From positions 384,001 through 448,000 of the forward strand of contig CAWDDT010000004.1 of NCBI GenBank assembly GCA_963801165.1: a stretch of DNA of 64,000 nucleotides, in the 5' to 3' direction. Numbering within the stretch: the stretch's first letter is position 1; each line of letters opens with the position of its first letter. Below are positions 61,971 to 64,000 of the stretch, piece by piece. The stretch comes from an uncultured bacterium. Its GTDB lineage: Bacteria; Actinomycetota; Acidimicrobiia; Spongiisociales; UBA5794. Below the pieces are notes generated by a model, which was given only the letters and a program-made list of their open reading frames with translations, was not told where the DNA came from and searched no databases. The position numbers and the translations under genes are program-made.

Positions 61971-63142
61971 TGCGAGCCGCAATCATCATCGCGCTCAAGG
62001 ACTTGTCGCAGAGATTGCGTGACAAGTCGGCGATCCTGATGGGCATCGTCGCACCGCTCGGTCTGGCTTTCATCTTCGCCGCCATCATCCCCGATGCCAC
62101 CGCCGGCTCCTTCGATATCCACGTGGGTGTGGTCGACAGCGACGGTGGCGAGATCAGCGCAAGCTTCATCAATGACGTGCTTCCCTCCGTCGAGGCGCAG
62201 GGGCTGCTCACCGTCACCAAATACGACGATGTCGACCAGGCGTTGACGGACGTCGAGAACGGCGACGAGGACGCCGTCTACATCTTCCCGGCGGGCTATT
62301 CCGCCTCGGTGCAGAGTGGGGCCGGTGGGACGGTGCGGATGGTGCGCAACGTAGATTCCACCATCGGGGGCCAGGTCGCCAAGGCGGTTCTCGACGGCTA
62401 TCTGTCCGAGGTGGAAGCCGTGACCGTGTCGGTGGGGACGGCGATGGTCGACGGGGCGCGGGATGCCCCGGCAGTCAGGGCGCTCGCGATGGAGACCCCG
62501 GCCGCGGTGGTGCTCGCCGACACCGAGGCGTCGAACCGGACGCTCGACTCGACGACCTTCTTTGCCGCAGGCATGGCGGTTTTCTTCCTGTTCTTCACCG
62601 TTCAGTTCGGGGTGTCGTCGTTGCTCGAGGAACGGCTCAACGGCACTCTTCCCCGGCTGCTCGGCGCCCCGATCAACCGGTGGAGCATCATCGGGGGCAA
62701 GGCCATCACCAGCTTCGTCCTGGGGCTGGTCTCGATGGTCGTGCTTGCGGTGGGGACAACACTGTTGATCGGTGCCAACTGGGGTAACCCGGTCGCGGTG
62801 GCCATCCTCATGGTCGCAGGCGTGTTGGCCGCGTTGGGGATCATGGCCATGGTCGCCGTGGTTGCGAAGACCCCGGAGCAGGCCGCGAATTGGCAGTCGA
62901 TCATCGCCGTCGTTCTCGGTCTGCTCGGTGGAACGTTCTTCCCGCTCAGCCAGGGCCCGCGGCTGCTGGCGGCGCTGTCGAAACTGACCCCCCACGCCTG
63001 GTTCATGCAGGGTCTCGGGGACATCTCGTCTGGAGCCGGGCTGTCGGCGGTGATCACCCCGACCGTCGCCATGCTGGCGTTCTTCGTCGTAACGCTGGGG
63101 CTGGCGATCTGGTTTGGTCGGGAGAGGGTGCTGGCGCCATGA
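61970..63142 (+). CDS. ABC-2 exporter permease
   Basis: Large extracellular loop, EERLNGTLPRLLGAPI, LGGTFFP, LTPHAW. Confidence 0.9.
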   Translation: MRAAIIIALKDLSQRLRDKSAILMGIVAPLGLAFIFAAIIPDATAGSFDIHVGVVDSDGGEISASFINDVLPSVEAQGLLTVTKYDDVDQALTDVENGDEDAVYIFPAGYSASVQSGAGGTVRMVRNVDSTIGGQVAKAVLDGYLSEVEAVTVSVGTAMVDGARDAPAVRALAMETPAAVVLADTEASNRTLDSTTFFAAGMAVFFLFFTVQFGVSSLLEERLNGTLPRLLGAPINRWSIIGGKAITSFVLGLVSMVVLAVGTTLLIGANWGNPVAVAILMVAGVLAALGIMAMVAVVAKTPEQAANWQSIIAVVLGLLGGTFFPLSQGPRLLAALSKLTPHAWFMQGLGDISSGAGLSAVITPTVAMLAFFVVTLGLAIWFGRERVLAP

Positions 63143-64000
63143 AAGCTCTGGCCATTACCGCCGTGAACGTCAAGCGGATGCTCCGTGAGCCTTCGACGAT
63201 CTTCTTTGTGTTTGTCTTTCCGATGCTCCTCATCCTCGTCATTGGGGCCTCGTTCGGTGGCTCGTTCCGTCCCAAGGTCGGGCTGGTCAACGCCGGTGAT
63301 GGGCAGTACGCCGCCGCGTTCGCGGACCGGATCACAAGTGACGCGGACTTCAACACAATCAGCTACGACGATTCTGATCGGCTGCTGACAGATGTCGAAC
63401 GAGGAGTCGTGAATCTGGGTGTCGTTGTGCCTGCCGACTACGACCAGCAACTCGGGAGCGGAGCCGTGGCGAAAGTCCAGTTCCTGGGGAGGGCCGACCA
63501 GAGCGTCGTGGAGTATCGCGCCACCATCGAGGCGATTGCCGCAAGCGAGAGCGCCGTTTTCCGGGCGGCCCGCGTGGTGAGTGGTGAAGGTCTTGCCGGC
63601 TTCGACGATGCGGTAGCCACTGCCCGGATAGTTGCCGCAGGCGCCGGGGGTCTTGACGTTGCCACGGAGTCGAGCGGGGAGTCACTGTTTGGTGAGGGCT
63701 TGGGCCAGTTTGACCTCGGTGCACCATCGAACCTGATCCTTTTCGTGTTCCTCACCTCGCTGGCCGGTTCCGCAGCTCTAATCAACACCCGGCGTCTCGG
63801 AGTCTCCCGGCGCATGGTGTCGACACCCACCTCGATTGGTCAGATTCTCCTCGGCGAGACCGGCGGTCGGTTTGCGATCGCAATGATCCAGGGGCTCTTC
63901 ATCATGATCGGAGCCGCGGTTGCGTTCAACGTGCACTGGGGCAATCTGCTCGCGGCCGGGGTTCTGCTCGTCATGATTGCTCTGGTCGGCGCCGGCGGCG
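63139..64000 (+). CDS. ABC-2 exporter permease (runs off the window)
   Basis: MKALAITAVNVKRMLREPSTIFFVFVFPMLLILVIG...RRLGVSRRMVSTP. Confidence 0.85.
   Translation, partial: MKALAITAVNVKRMLREPSTIFFVFVFPMLLILVIGASFGGSFRPKVGLVNAGDGQYAAAFADRITSDADFNTISYDDSDRLLTDVERGVVNLGVVVPADYDQQLGSGAVAKVQFLGRADQSVVEYRATIEAIAASESAVFRAARVVSGEGLAGFDDAVATARIVAAGAGGLDVATESSGESLFGEGLGQFDLGAPSNLILFVFLTSLAGSAALINTRRLGVSRRMVSTPTSIGQILLGETGGRFAIAMIQGLFIMIGAAVAFNVHWGNLLAAGVLLVMIALVGAGG

Overview
A high-GC actinobacterial chromosome segment; gene content and style suggest Acidimicrobiia (inference). 1-24 kb is mostly core: pgm, a P450/AraC/ligAB aromatic module, polyprenyl synthase, clpC, MMPL-TetR, DrrAB-TetR, then radA-disA-carD-ispD-ispF-(gdpd)-cysS-rlmB-tRNA-Thr(TGT). 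A 9.7-kb tyrosine-integrase element sits in the tRNA-Thr 3' end, bounded by 46-bp att duplicates at 24018 and 33656. It carries an IS30 nested in an IS3, an RHH/SEC-C protein, an RHH-Doc TA pair, a VanZ gene bracketed by two structured 78-bp repeats, and an ECF sigma/anti-sigma pair. Next come remnants of an older related element (two more TA pairs and an IS256 fragment). 36-52 kb is the best candidate for an undescribed system: a probably GntR-controlled purine/N-heterocycle catabolic cluster with a BMP-type ABC importer, ComDE-like TPP decarboxylase, PucD-like xanthine dehydrogenase with an embedded COG0523 GTPase, amidohydrolase, UbiX/UbiD and a PNPOx-like protein, but no uricase in the window. 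52-55 kb holds an FlbD-domain fusion, a secreted zincin and a pseudo-kinase/REC protein, transcribed from two sigma-28-like promoters that share an upstream 11-bp box. Other oddities: CarD with a histone-H1-like N-terminal tail, DisA with RHR changed to RFR, and a Rieske-fused TPP enzyme. Several single-base frameshifts may be sequencing errors. All calls come from motif recognition only; no database searches were run.
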